DNA of 64,000 nucleotides, taken from a virus. The DNA lies in IMG/VR virus record IMGVR_UViG_3300042863_003045, positions 38,657 through 102,656 of that record, one strand, 5' to 3'. A model generated the notes under the pieces. That model worked only from the letters and a program-made list of their open reading frames with translations. It was not told the origin of the DNA and made no database searches. Shown in pieces: positions 47,175 to 57,316 of this stretch. Made by a program: the position numbers and the translations under genes. Position 1 is the stretch's first letter; the number at the start of each line of letters is the position of its first letter.

Positions 47175-49265
47175 ATGAAATCAGTACTAATTGTAGAAAA
47201 TGCAACTAACTCGTTATCACTCAATGAGAATGCAAGTCCTAAAAGAGATGAATATCTTTTAAGCGGTGTGTTCACTGAGTTTGATATCGTTAATAGGAAT
47301 GAAAGAATCTACACCGCAGAAAAATTCTTACCTGCTCTACAAGAGTTAAATGAGAGAATAACTTCACTTGGCGTAGTTTATGGTGAATTTGACCATCCCG
47401 ATGTTTTTGACACTTCGCTTTCAAGGTCTTCACACATTTTGAAAAAGGCAGCTTTCGTTAGAGAGTCTAACAGAGTTGAAGGTGAGATAAGATTATTAAA
47501 TACTTATTGGGGCAAAGAGGCTAAGGCACTTGTCAGTGATGGTTGTCCAATATTTGTATCATCAAGAGCAGCAGGTGTAACTGAGGCGAATGGTACAGTT
47601 AGTCTTAAAAAATTATTCACTTACGATATCGTAGCAGATCCTGGATTTTCATCTGCGAGAATGAACATAGTAACTCTTAACGAGTCACTTGGTTATAACA
47701 AAAAATCAAATTTCAGAATCTATGAGATGAAAGATGAATCAAAAATTAATGAATTATTCAACATGAACGCAAATGACTTTGTAACAAAAAAGCAGTTGAC
47801 TGATTATTCTAATTATTTAGTTAATGAGTTGTCAACAACAAAGAAGTCGGTTAAAACGGCTTTGAACAAGGGAAATCTTAACCCTAAGAAAATGGAACAA
47901 CTTTTAGAATACTATGATGAGTTGAACAAGACTAATTCACAGATTGTGAAGTATCTTGATTACTTAGCAGAAAAAGTACAGATTGTTGTTAATGAGAACA
48001 ATACTTTAAGATCTACTCAAGATAAGTTGATCAAACACAATGATTACTTAGCTGAGAGTTTAGAGAAGTCTATAAACTATACTGAATATATCGCAGAAAA
48101 ACTTGATAAGAATATTGAGTATTCTGAGTATATCGCAGAAAACTTGGATAAGAATATTTCTTATGGTGAGTATTTAGCTGAACATCTTGATAAGAACATT
48201 GCTTACTCTGAGTACTTAGCAGAAAATTTAGATAAGAATATTGAGTATTCTGAGTATATCGCAGAGAATTTAGATAAGAATATTTCTTATGCTGAATATG
48301 TTGCAGAGAACTTAGACAATTCAATTGCTTACTCTGAGTACTTAGCTGAACATGTTGAAGGTAACATTGCTTATGCTGAGTATATCGCAGAGAACTTGGA
48401 TGATAACATTGCTTACTCTGAGTATATCGCAGAGAATCTTGATAAGTCTATATCATACTCTGGTTTGATAGTAGAAAAATTAAAAGGTAACAAAAGATTG
48501 TTTGAATCTTATGGATCTGAGGAAGATGAAATGCCATCTTTGGATGACATGGGATTTGAACAAGTTAAAGAAGAAGAAGAAGATGATATGATGATGATGG
48601 GTGATGAACATATGTATCCATCAGTTGATGAAACTCCAGTGATGGTAGGTTCCTATGACGAAGAGGAAGAAGGTGAAGACGGAGAATGTCTTACTTGTGG
48701 TTCCGATGAAGAAGAGGAGGAAACCTACGAATCAACTGGTGATTCTGATACAGAGTTATCTAAATCTATTGATAAATTGATCGAAGAGGCTAAAAAACGT
48801 AAAGTCGCTGAAACAACCGATCTACATTTCTTGAAGTTTCTTAACAAAACTCAGGTAGACAGTTTCTACAGCCTCACAAATGAGGACCAAGAAGCAGTAA
48901 AACTTTACATAAACGAAAAAAGTTTCTTTAGCACGAAAGAAGTGCTTAGTCTAATATCTGAAGCGTTAAGTTCAAAAGAAGAAACTCTTGAACAAAGAGT
49001 AATAAGAATGATGCCAGAAAACGTAAAACCAATCTGGAATCAATTGAACGAGAGTTCTAGAAAGTCAGTTCTATCACAGGCTAGACTTTACCCTGAAGAT
49101 GTGTTGAAAACAGAATCACAAGTTGAACACTTCTGGTTGACTAGAAATCTTAAAAAGAATGAATCTGTGACTAAGAAATTAGTTTCACATGAAGCGTTAA
49201 TTCAAGAAGATAAATTATCTGACAACGAGTTAACATCAATCATGGAAAGATTCAAAAACCTTTAA
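47175..49265 (+). CDS. Prohead protease (gp21-like) fused to scaffold/core domain
   Basis: NRNERIY, GEFDHP, VSSRAAG, YDIVADPGF; coiled-coil repeats; immediately precedes the capsid gene. Confidence 0.92.
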   Translation: MKSVLIVENATNSLSLNENASPKRDEYLLSGVFTEFDIVNRNERIYTAEKFLPALQELNERITSLGVVYGEFDHPDVFDTSLSRSSHILKKAAFVRESNRVEGEIRLLNTYWGKEAKALVSDGCPIFVSSRAAGVTEANGTVSLKKLFTYDIVADPGFSSARMNIVTLNESLGYNKKSNFRIYEMKDESKINELFNMNANDFVTKKQLTDYSNYLVNELSTTKKSVKTALNKGNLNPKKMEQLLEYYDELNKTNSQIVKYLDYLAEKVQIVVNENNTLRSTQDKLIKHNDYLAESLEKSINYTEYIAEKLDKNIEYSEYIAENLDKNISYGEYLAEHLDKNIAYSEYLAENLDKNIEYSEYIAENLDKNISYAEYVAENLDNSIAYSEYLAEHVEGNIAYAEYIAENLDDNIAYSEYIAENLDKSISYSGLIVEKLKGNKRLFESYGSEEDEMPSLDDMGFEQVKEEEEDDMMMMGDEHMYPSVDETPVMVGSYDEEEEGEDGECLTCGSDEEEEETYESTGDSDTELSKSIDKLIEEAKKRKVAETTDLHFLKFLNKTQVDSFYSLTNEDQEAVKLYINEKSFFSTKEVLSLISEALSSKEETLEQRVIRMMPENVKPIWNQLNESSRKSVLSQARLYPEDVLKTESQVEHFWLTRNLKKNESVTKKLVSHEALIQEDKLSDNELTSIMERFKNL
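48040..48460 (+). repeat. About ten 42-bp (14-aa) tandem repeats YSEYIAENLDKNIx
   Basis: Visible in both DNA and protein. Confidence 0.9.
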
Positions 49266-49306
49266 TCTACAGGTTTAAGTAGAAATAAAAATTAAAATTA
49301 AAAATT

Positions 49307-51064
49307 ATGTCACATATTAGAATAGACAAACAAAAAGCCGTTAAGAAGTGGACTCCAGTATTGGAGAACATGGGCGTTACGGGTGACAGAGTCGAATGGA
49401 TGTCAGAATTGGCTGAATTCCACTCTATTAACGAAAACGCTTACGCTAACGCAACTACTGCAGGTATGGGAGCTGTTGTAAATCCAGGTCTTAGTTCACT
49501 GCCAGGTCTTGCTGGTCCAAGTTTTAATCCTGGATTAGGAATAGGATCTGCACTTGGTTCACAAGTGGGATCAGGTGACCTTGGTCAAAACTTACTTCCA
49601 GTAGCTATGAAAATCGCGGGTCAAACTATCGGTCTTGATCTTGTAGCGGTTAAACCTACTCCAGGTCCAAAAATTGATCTTCTTTATATTGATTTCCAAT
49701 ATGACGATCTTACAAATGGTACTACTACTGGTCGTCCACAAGTATTCAAATTAAATGCTACTACTATTGCACCAATCTCAGCAACTCTTTCAGCCTTTGT
49801 ATCTAGCAATGGTAGACTTACTCAAGGTGGTATTGATGGTACTCAAGTATTTGTTGCGTTTAACACATTAGGATCAGGAACTGCAGGAGTATTGACTACT
49901 TCACTTCCTGGTGCTAACGTACAAGGATTGTTAGAGTTTCTTGGTTTCTCAAGAATTGATGGTCTCCCAATGTTTAAAGCTTACAGACAGTCAAATGCAA
50001 CTGGTCAAGCTACTGGTTCAGGAGGAGTTGGAGGATATCCTTTCTACTTTGATCAAACTTTGAATACATTCGGTCCTACTGGATCAATGTTGACTTCTTT
50101 ACAATCAGGTAATTTTGGTGGTGTTACTGCATCTACTTTTGGTACTGCAGCAGTAGAATTGATATCAGCTCTTGAAGATCACCTTCCTGGATTCTCTGCA
50201 AACTGGACAGCTGCTGCTTCAAGTGGTGACTACCCAATGAGTCGTCAGGATGATGATGATAGATACTCAGGTGTTATCGGTCCAAAAATTTCTTCTAAAT
50301 CAGTAGCAGTAGGTACTATTGAAGTATCAACATCTCTTAGAAGAACTGAAATTGAGGATATCAAAGCTAACACTGGTATGGATATCGTTCAAAAAATGGA
50401 ATCTATCCTTGTTAATGAACTTTCTCAGACAATTTCTAAACAAATCGTTAAGAAAATCTTTGAATTAGGAGATACTAACAGAACAAATGCACCTGCTTAT
50501 GGTGGGCCAGCTACATTCGTTGGTGTTCCTGGAACTGCAACTATCTTTGACTTAGATACTTCATATGTTAACGCAAATGGTGGTATCGGTGGTGAAACTA
50601 CTCACGCTGTTCAAAGAAAACTTGTAACTAAGTTGGCACACGCTTCTAACTACATTGCAACAGAAGGTCGTGTTGGCCCTGCTCAGTATGCAATCACAAA
50701 CGGAGGTCTTGCTGCTTCACTTATGGATATTGCTGGTTACACTGTTAACCCGTTAAAATCTAAAATGAACTCACAAGGTCAATTATATCCTGTAGGAACA
50801 ATTGGAGATATTCAAATCTACGTTGATCCATATCAGAGATATAACGATAACAGAATCGTTCTTGGTAGAAAGAACAACCCAGATCAACCTGGTTTGATTT
50901 TCGTTCCATACTTGATGGCTCAATCTATAAGCATCATCTCTGAGGCAACTTTTGCTCCAAGGATGCTTTTGCGTTCTAGATACGCTATTACTGACGTGGG
51001 TTTCTTCCCAGAGAAGCAATTCATGACAATGTATGTTGTGGATGCTGCACAATTCTTGAACTAA
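49307..51064 (+). CDS. Major capsid protein (gp23-like)
   Basis: KKWTPVLE, DLVAVKP, NELSQTISKQI, IYVDPY, FVPY, PRMLLRSRYA. Confidence 0.95.
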   Translation: MSHIRIDKQKAVKKWTPVLENMGVTGDRVEWMSELAEFHSINENAYANATTAGMGAVVNPGLSSLPGLAGPSFNPGLGIGSALGSQVGSGDLGQNLLPVAMKIAGQTIGLDLVAVKPTPGPKIDLLYIDFQYDDLTNGTTTGRPQVFKLNATTIAPISATLSAFVSSNGRLTQGGIDGTQVFVAFNTLGSGTAGVLTTSLPGANVQGLLEFLGFSRIDGLPMFKAYRQSNATGQATGSGGVGGYPFYFDQTLNTFGPTGSMLTSLQSGNFGGVTASTFGTAAVELISALEDHLPGFSANWTAAASSGDYPMSRQDDDDRYSGVIGPKISSKSVAVGTIEVSTSLRRTEIEDIKANTGMDIVQKMESILVNELSQTISKQIVKKIFELGDTNRTNAPAYGGPATFVGVPGTATIFDLDTSYVNANGGIGGETTHAVQRKLVTKLAHASNYIATEGRVGPAQYAITNGGLAASLMDIAGYTVNPLKSKMNSQGQLYPVGTIGDIQIYVDPYQRYNDNRIVLGRKNNPDQPGLIFVPYLMAQSISIISEATFAPRMLLRSRYAITDVGFFPEKQFMTMYVVDAAQFLN

Positions 51065-51087
51065 TTCTTAATAGAATAGTTAAAAAT

Positions 51088-51121
51088 AAAAACACCTCCC
51101 CTAAAAAGGAGGTGTTTTTTT
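51088..51121 (+). terminator. Intrinsic terminator after capsid gene
   Basis: aaaacacctcc-cctaaaa-ggaggtgtttt. Confidence 0.85.
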
Positions 51122-51135
51122 ATATATACTATACA

Positions 51136-52461
51136 ATGAATATAAGTGTGTGTGAATATAAAGAACTTTGTAAGAATAAAAATGGAATATATTCGAGGGA
51201 AGATTATGTTAAAGAAAAATTTCCAAAAATATATTCAATTATAATTGAATCAACCATTGATACTAAGTTCAATGAAAGAGTATATATGTTTTTGAATGAT
51301 ATGAATCACCGACCTAAGTGTTTATATTGTAATGATGAAGTAAAATTTAAAAGTAAAACAATTGGATATCAGAAATTCTGTAGCAATAGTTGTTCAACTA
51401 AAGGATCAAAAGAAGTAGTTACTAAAAAAATATTTGAAAATTGGGGTGTAAATCATCCTTCTTTACTACCACATAATATAGAAAAAAGAAAATTAAAAAA
51501 AATAGAATCGATAAAGATTGTAATAAAAGAAAATGGCAAATTTATAGATTATAATTTTGAAACTGATATATTTACTTTGTTGTGTAATGATTGTGGTAAA
51601 ACACATTATACTTCTTATGAAGTTCTTCGACAAAGGAAATATTTAGGATTGAGTTGGAAAGATTGTATAACTTCTGCCTTTAATACATCATCAGTTGAAA
51701 ATGAATTAAGAAAATTCATACAAGATGAATATAATGGTGTTATCTTATTCAATGATAAAAAAACTTTATCAAATAACAAAGAGATTGATATTTACTTACC
51801 AACTGATAAAATAGCATTTGAATTCAATGGTATTTGGTGGCATAATGAATTGAATAAACCTAAAAGATACCATTATAATAAGTGGAATGAGTGTGAGAAT
51901 TTAGGAATTTCTTTAATACAGATTTATGAAGATGACTGGAAATTTAAAAATAAGATAGTTAAATCGAGAATAAGAAATATACTTGGTATCACTAAAAATA
52001 AAATTTATGCAAGAAATTGTGATATTAAAAGAATAATAGATTTAAGACATGTTGAGTCATTTTTAATAGAAAATCACTTACAAGGATCTATAAAATCTTC
52101 ACACAATTTCGGATTATATTATAATGGAGAATTAGTTAGTATAATGACATTTGAAAATATCAAAGAAGAAATATATGAAATGGTTAGATTTTGCAATAAG
52201 GTTGATTTATTAGTTATTGGATCTGCTTATAGATTATTTGAATATTTTATTAAATTAATGAAACCAGATGAGATAGTAAGTTATTCACATAATGAGTGGC
52301 CTGAAAAAATATATTATGAAATAGGAATGGATTTAGAATGTATTAAAGAAGAATCTTACTGGTATGTTGAAAACGAAGTGAGAAAAAATGAAATTAAAAA
52401 AGATTCTAAAATCATTAGAATTTGGGGATCTGGACAAAAAAAATTCATATGGAAAAAGTAG
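51136..52461 (+). CDS. Putative homing endonuclease, same family as 43939/45506
   Basis: EIDIY...FEFNGIWWH...IYEDDW; NHLQG; RIWGSG. Confidence 0.85.
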   Translation: MNISVCEYKELCKNKNGIYSREDYVKEKFPKIYSIIIESTIDTKFNERVYMFLNDMNHRPKCLYCNDEVKFKSKTIGYQKFCSNSCSTKGSKEVVTKKIFENWGVNHPSLLPHNIEKRKLKKIESIKIVIKENGKFIDYNFETDIFTLLCNDCGKTHYTSYEVLRQRKYLGLSWKDCITSAFNTSSVENELRKFIQDEYNGVILFNDKKTLSNNKEIDIYLPTDKIAFEFNGIWWHNELNKPKRYHYNKWNECENLGISLIQIYEDDWKFKNKIVKSRIRNILGITKNKIYARNCDIKRIIDLRHVESFLIENHLQGSIKSSHNFGLYYNGELVSIMTFENIKEEIYEMVRFCNKVDLLVIGSAYRLFEYFIKLMKPDEIVSYSHNEWPEKIYYEIGMDLECIKEESYWYVENEVRKNEIKKDSKIIRIWGSGQKKFIWKK

Positions 52462-53018
52462 TTTTTTCAAAAAAAGGCCTTAAATTAACTAACGATGAAT
52501 TCATTAAACGACTAAACTCTTTTGGATTCACTAAAGTGGATGAATATGTTGATTCTATAACTTCTATTAGTTTTAAATGTTCTACCTGTGATAAATTATA
52601 TAAAAGAAAGCCAAAAGAATTATCTCAAATAAAGTGCCCTTGTAAAGTTAAACACATTGAATATGAGAAGATTGTCAGTAAAAACTTCATAGTTTTAGAA
52701 AACTACAAAAACATTCGACATAAAATTCTACATCAGTGTAAAATTTGTAAATTAATATTCAAAACATCTCCAAAATCAATAATAAATTCTGTGAATGGAT
52801 CTTTATATGAAAAATTGAATTTCAAAAAAAGTGGAAAAACTCAATTGAATTATTGGTGGGTTGTAAAGGGTGTTAGAAAACACAGATTTAATTACAATAA
52901 AAGAAAGTTGGTCAAACAAGGACACGATAGTACAAAAACTGAGGTAGAGATAATGCACTCACTTGGAAATTTCAGAATATGGGGATGTGGCCAAACAAGA
53001 TATATCTTAAATATTTAA
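52449..53018 (+). pseudogene. Internally deleted homing endonuclease remnant
   Basis: Zinc ribbons joined directly to the family C-terminus (GSLYEKLNF...RIWGCG); no nuclease core. Confidence 0.6.
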
Positions 53019-53043
53019 GTTTTAATAATTAATATATATCTCT

Positions 53044-53541
53044 ATGAAACATATTAAAACATTTAAAATATTTGAATCAGGACCAATTAGAAATCCTTAT
53101 GTTGATCCAAAATTAATGGATAGAAGAGCACCAGAGTTCATTGGAGATATTAGACAACCAGTTGAAATTAGAATTGATGTAGAAGCTTTAGGACATGCTT
53201 TAGGACGACAATGGAGACATGGTGTTACTACTGATAGTGATAAAATAGTCTCAAATATAACAAAGGATGAGATATTAGATACAATTGAAGAGGCGGTTGA
53301 GCAAATAACAATTGCTCTTATGCAAGATGAGTTTGATATCTATCAGAATAAGGATGACTATCCAACTCGTGGTGTTAGGGCAGGTGGTCCAAATCGTTTT
53401 GTAATTAGAAATAAAGAAACCAATTTGAATATTGTTTGTGCTTTATTACCGGGTGATTTGGAATTCAAGCTTACTGTTATTACAGTGATGAAGAAGCCAG
53501 ATTTTAAAGAGTATAGAGGACAATTTGTAGTTGAGGTATAA
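53044..53541 (+). CDS. Hypothetical protein with shared N-terminal peptide (possible RelE-like fold)
   Basis: MKHIKTFKIFES; HALGRQWRH...VITVM. Confidence 0.7.
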   Translation: MKHIKTFKIFESGPIRNPYVDPKLMDRRAPEFIGDIRQPVEIRIDVEALGHALGRQWRHGVTTDSDKIVSNITKDEILDTIEEAVEQITIALMQDEFDIYQNKDDYPTRGVRAGGPNRFVIRNKETNLNIVCALLPGDLEFKLTVITVMKKPDFKEYRGQFVVEV

Positions 53542-53611
53542 TCTGTAAAAAAAATAAAAAATGTAAAAAAGTCATTTTTTTACATTAATATATAAAAATA
53601 AAAAAAAAGCC

Positions 53612-54280
53612 ATGTCATTACCATATTTAAGAATTGATGATGTAAGTTATTCTACTGCATCAAACGTATTAAGTGTTTCTTTAAAAGCACTGAGAATCAG
53701 AGGATACGATTCTGAAAACGATATTATAATTGAGGGATTCTCTCAATCTAAAACAATTCCTATCACAAATGGTTTCTTTGAGGGAAGTGTAACATATTCT
53801 ATTCCTAATTTAGAGACTTCTACTGCTTCAACTAGTCCAACAACTACATATGTTCCAGCTTCTAGAACTTGGACGTTTGCTGGAACGGCTAGTCCGAATA
53901 ATACTGTGAGAGTAAATTCACCTGACTTTGGTGCCGTTGGATCAAATTTATTTATTTTCACGTTTTCATCTACTCAATCTGTGAGTAATGCTGTTGCTAT
54001 TCTTGTTGCAACTGCTTCTCAGAATGCAACTGGTAAATGGGCTGGATTCACTGCTGAGCAAAGTGGTAACACTTTTATTTTAAGTGCTCCTTGGGGAGCT
54101 TATAATAATGGTCTTGATGTTGTTATAACTGCATCTGGATCCTTGACGGTTAGTCCAACTGCTTCTCATTTGGTTGGTGGTGTTACTCAGTATAATCTTG
54201 ACTTTAAGAGAAGTAATCCAGCATTGGGTTCTTTGGGTGTTAATACATTCAACTTTACTGTTGGCACATATTCTCTTTAA
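53612..54280 (+). CDS. Putative virion structural protein (Ser/Thr-rich, beta-rich)
   Basis: Composition, late motif upstream, terminator downstream. Confidence 0.6.
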   Translation: MSLPYLRIDDVSYSTASNVLSVSLKALRIRGYDSENDIIIEGFSQSKTIPITNGFFEGSVTYSIPNLETSTASTSPTTTYVPASRTWTFAGTASPNNTVRVNSPDFGAVGSNLFIFTFSSTQSVSNAVAILVATASQNATGKWAGFTAEQSGNTFILSAPWGAYNNGLDVVITASGSLTVSPTASHLVGGVTQYNLDFKRSNPALGSLGVNTFNFTVGTYSL

Positions 54281-54321
54281 TAAGATATGAAAAGTTCTAA
54301 TAGAACTTTGTGGTTTAATAT

Positions 54322-54355
54322 AAAAAACTCAGATTGTAAAATCTGAGTTTTTTTT
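54322..54355 (+). terminator. Intrinsic terminator
   Basis: aaaaaactcagatt-gtaa-aatctgagtttttt. Confidence 0.85.
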
Positions 54356-54367
54356 AATATATAAGAC

Positions 54368-54757
54368 ATGATAAAAGGAAAGGTGATATTTGAGTCTAAA
54401 AAGGAAAAGTTTCCAAATATTCAAAAAAAACAAGTAGGAGATTTTTTGGTTCTTATTGGCAGGGATGCGGTATCTAATGATTATTTAACAACAATAGAAT
54501 CGTACAGTGATGATCTTTGGTTTCATGCTAAAGGAGTTCCTGGATCACATGTTGTTATTAGGATTAAAGATAAGTTACCAGATAAGTCAGTTATTGAAGA
54601 AGTTGCTAAGATTGCTGCGAAGAATTCCAAATGTAAAGTAGGTGAATGTGTAGTAGTTTATTGCAAGGCCAAGTTTGTTACTAAGGATTCTACTATGAAT
54701 CCAGGTCAAGTAAAGGTGGATCATAGAAATGCAGAAGAAATTAAAGTTAATATATGA
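54368..54757 (+). CDS. Stand-alone NFACT RNA-binding domain protein (DUF814, RqcH C-terminal-like)
   Basis: IGRDAVSNDYLT...DLWFHAKGVPGSHVVIR...PGQV. Confidence 0.9.
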   Translation: MIKGKVIFESKKEKFPNIQKKQVGDFLVLIGRDAVSNDYLTTIESYSDDLWFHAKGVPGSHVVIRIKDKLPDKSVIEEVAKIAAKNSKCKVGECVVVYCKAKFVTKDSTMNPGQVKVDHRNAEEIKVNI

Positions 54758-54810
54758 AGAACTATACAAATCTAAATAAAACTTATTAAATTCATTGAAT
54801 ATAAATTAAT

Positions 54811-55444
54811 ATGAGACGAATATTAAAGTCTGAGTTAGATAAATTTTATACAAAAGTTGACTTAGCAAAAAGACTAATAGAAAAAGTAGATATAGATAAA
54901 TATGATTTAGTTATTGTTCCATGTTGTGGAGATGGATCATTTTATAATAATATATTAAATAATAAAATAGGTATTGATATATCGCCAGATATAGATGATG
55001 TTATAAAAAGTGACTATCTATTATGGGATTATAGTAAATTTTTAAAAACCCCATTTGAGCTTAATGTTTTAGTTATATCAAATCCTCCTTTTGGCAAACA
55101 GGGATCTCTTGCCATGAAATTTGTCAAAAGAAGTTGTGAATTTGCAAATACTGTAGCATTTATACTACCTATAAGTTTTTCAAAACCAAGTATTAAAAAT
55201 AGAATACCGAAATATTTTCATCTTATATATGAAGAGATATTACCAAGTAATTCTTTTTTATTGGATAGTTATGATTATGATGTGAAGTGTGTATTTCAAG
55301 TTTGGGAAAGAAGATTATATGAAAGAGATGATAAATGATATAGTTTCTACACTAAACAATACAGTTTGGGAGGATTTAACAGTTGGACCACGTTCTATTT
55401 CAAAGTCAGAATTAAATTTAATTATTAATTCTATTATCAATTAA
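54811..55444 (+). pseudogene. N6-adenine DNA methyltransferase, apparently broken near 55335
   Basis: DKFYT, PCCGDGSF, SNPPFG; family-like tail TVGPRSISKSEL lies in another frame at 55337-55444. Confidence 0.65.
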
Positions 55445-55458
55445 ACAATTTTATATTA

Positions 55459-55497
55459 AAAAATGTCACAAATATTAATAAGTTTTGTGACATTTTT
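55459..55497 (+). terminator. Intrinsic terminator
   Basis: aaaaatgtcacaaa...tttgtgacattttt. Confidence 0.75.
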
Positions 55498-55523
55498 AAT
55501 ATAAAATACTAATATATAGTCTT

Positions 55524-57263
55524 ATGAAAAGATTAAATTACTCTGATTCACTTTGGGATATACTTGTAGATATAAATGATAAGATTGCTAGTGTAATGAT
55601 GGATTCAGAAAATGTTACTGTTCCAAAAGGATTTGCGGAATATGTTGATGTTTCTGAACATGATTATTCATTCAATGTTATCATAGATGGTATAAAAACA
55701 CACTTAAAAGTTGGTACCTATATAAGGACCGCTTACCCAGATAAGTTTTCAAGACAAGAAATAGGTAGCTTCATAAATAAATATAATGTTTTGAAAGATG
55801 GTGAGTTGCCAGAAGATTCAAGTGCGATTAAATTAGTAGAGGTACCGCCTTTTAAGTTCAATCCAAAAGATTTAAGAAGTACTTTTATTTCTTTAGTGAC
55901 TAAGACTTATCCGCATGGGCATGAAGAAGAAGTCGTTCCATTAATATCTCCAATAGGGCTACAAAAAGATAAATGGGGAAATTATTATAAGATAGTTGGA
56001 AAATCAGAAACTATGTTTACATCACATTTGGACACTGCGGATCGTCAACAATCGGATGTTGTTCTTTATTCCGATATTAAGGGAACTGATGAGATTTTAA
56101 GATCTGATGGAAAGACTATTTTAGGAGCGGATTGTAAGTCAGGAGTTGCTATTATGCTTTATATGATTTCGCATAATATTCCAGGTATTTATTACTTTTT
56201 CATAGGTGAAGAAAGGGGTGGTATTGGATCAAGAGATGTTTCTAATAATTTTGAAAGTGTTGTGCATTTAAAAGGTGTGAAGAGATGTGTATCATTTGAT
56301 AGAAGAAATTATAATTCTGTTATAACATCTCAGTTTGGTGAAGTTTGTTGTTCCGATACATTTGGAAAGGCACTGGCAGGTGAGTTAAATAGGAGTGGAT
56401 TAAAGATGACATTGGATCCTACTGGTATATTCACGGATTCTGCTTCTTTTATGGATATTATACCTGAGTGTACAAATATATCAGTTGGATATTTTGAAGA
56501 ACATACTAGAAATGAGCATCAGAATATGACTTTTCTTCAGAAATTAGCAGATGCTTGTTTAAATGTAAAATGGGAGTCTCTACCTACTGATAGAAAGGCT
56601 GGCATCGATGAAGATGTTCAGGAAGTTTTTGGAAAGTTTCTGAGTGATGTAAAAGAGTCTATAATCTACTGTTCTGCAAAGGTTGTAAAAGAAAGAAAAG
56701 AATCTTACTTAAAATTTGATATAGATGGTGCAAATTTTGAATATGTTAAATCTGATATTTATAGTTTGAGTCATCTTATGGGCAGGAACAAATTGAATAA
56801 TCTTAATATTCATATAGATGACTACTCACTTTTTATTGAACTAAGTGATGATGATATGAAATATAAAAAATATTTAAAATATTTTGAATCATATGATGAT
56901 TTTGATGGATATGATTATACTGGTGATGAAGATTATACTGATAATACTGATAATAGTAATGATGGAGAAGAAGTTCCTGATGATACAGTAGGAGAATTAT
57001 GTTATTGGTTAAGAAAGATGTATAAATCAAATGATTTAGATGCGATTGTTGAGTCTGATACCGGCATGGATGTTACTGCATATGTTGTAATGAAAAAGAG
57101 ATTGAAGATCATGGATATTGTAACTGCATTTGAAGTCACTGAAAAAATAAAAAAAGATCTATTAACAAATCATGTTGTTGAGGTCGAATTATATGAAGAT
57201 AAGAGTGGTTCCTCAGTATTTCAATTTGATTTTATACAAGATGAATTTGAAGAACCTTTTTAA
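55524..57263 (+). CDS. M20/M28-family zinc peptidase-domain protein
   Basis: SHLDT, LGADCKSG, GEERG, SFDR, FTDS, NISVGYFEEH. Confidence 0.85.
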   Translation: MKRLNYSDSLWDILVDINDKIASVMMDSENVTVPKGFAEYVDVSEHDYSFNVIIDGIKTHLKVGTYIRTAYPDKFSRQEIGSFINKYNVLKDGELPEDSSAIKLVEVPPFKFNPKDLRSTFISLVTKTYPHGHEEEVVPLISPIGLQKDKWGNYYKIVGKSETMFTSHLDTADRQQSDVVLYSDIKGTDEILRSDGKTILGADCKSGVAIMLYMISHNIPGIYYFFIGEERGGIGSRDVSNNFESVVHLKGVKRCVSFDRRNYNSVITSQFGEVCCSDTFGKALAGELNRSGLKMTLDPTGIFTDSASFMDIIPECTNISVGYFEEHTRNEHQNMTFLQKLADACLNVKWESLPTDRKAGIDEDVQEVFGKFLSDVKESIIYCSAKVVKERKESYLKFDIDGANFEYVKSDIYSLSHLMGRNKLNNLNIHIDDYSLFIELSDDDMKYKKYLKYFESYDDFDGYDYTGDEDYTDNTDNSNDGEEVPDDTVGELCYWLRKMYKSNDLDAIVESDTGMDVTAYVVMKKRLKIMDIVTAFEVTEKIKKDLLTNHVVEVELYEDKSGSSVFQFDFIQDEFEEPF

Positions 57264-57316
57264 AAAACAAATTTGTGAGTTTAATATATAATATATATAT
57301 TTGTATAATCAAAAAC

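Noticed and set aside
48040-48460. CRISPR-like periodicity (also 31240-31550 and 36180-36480)
   Set aside because: In-frame coding repeats with no repeat-spacer structure; no cas genes
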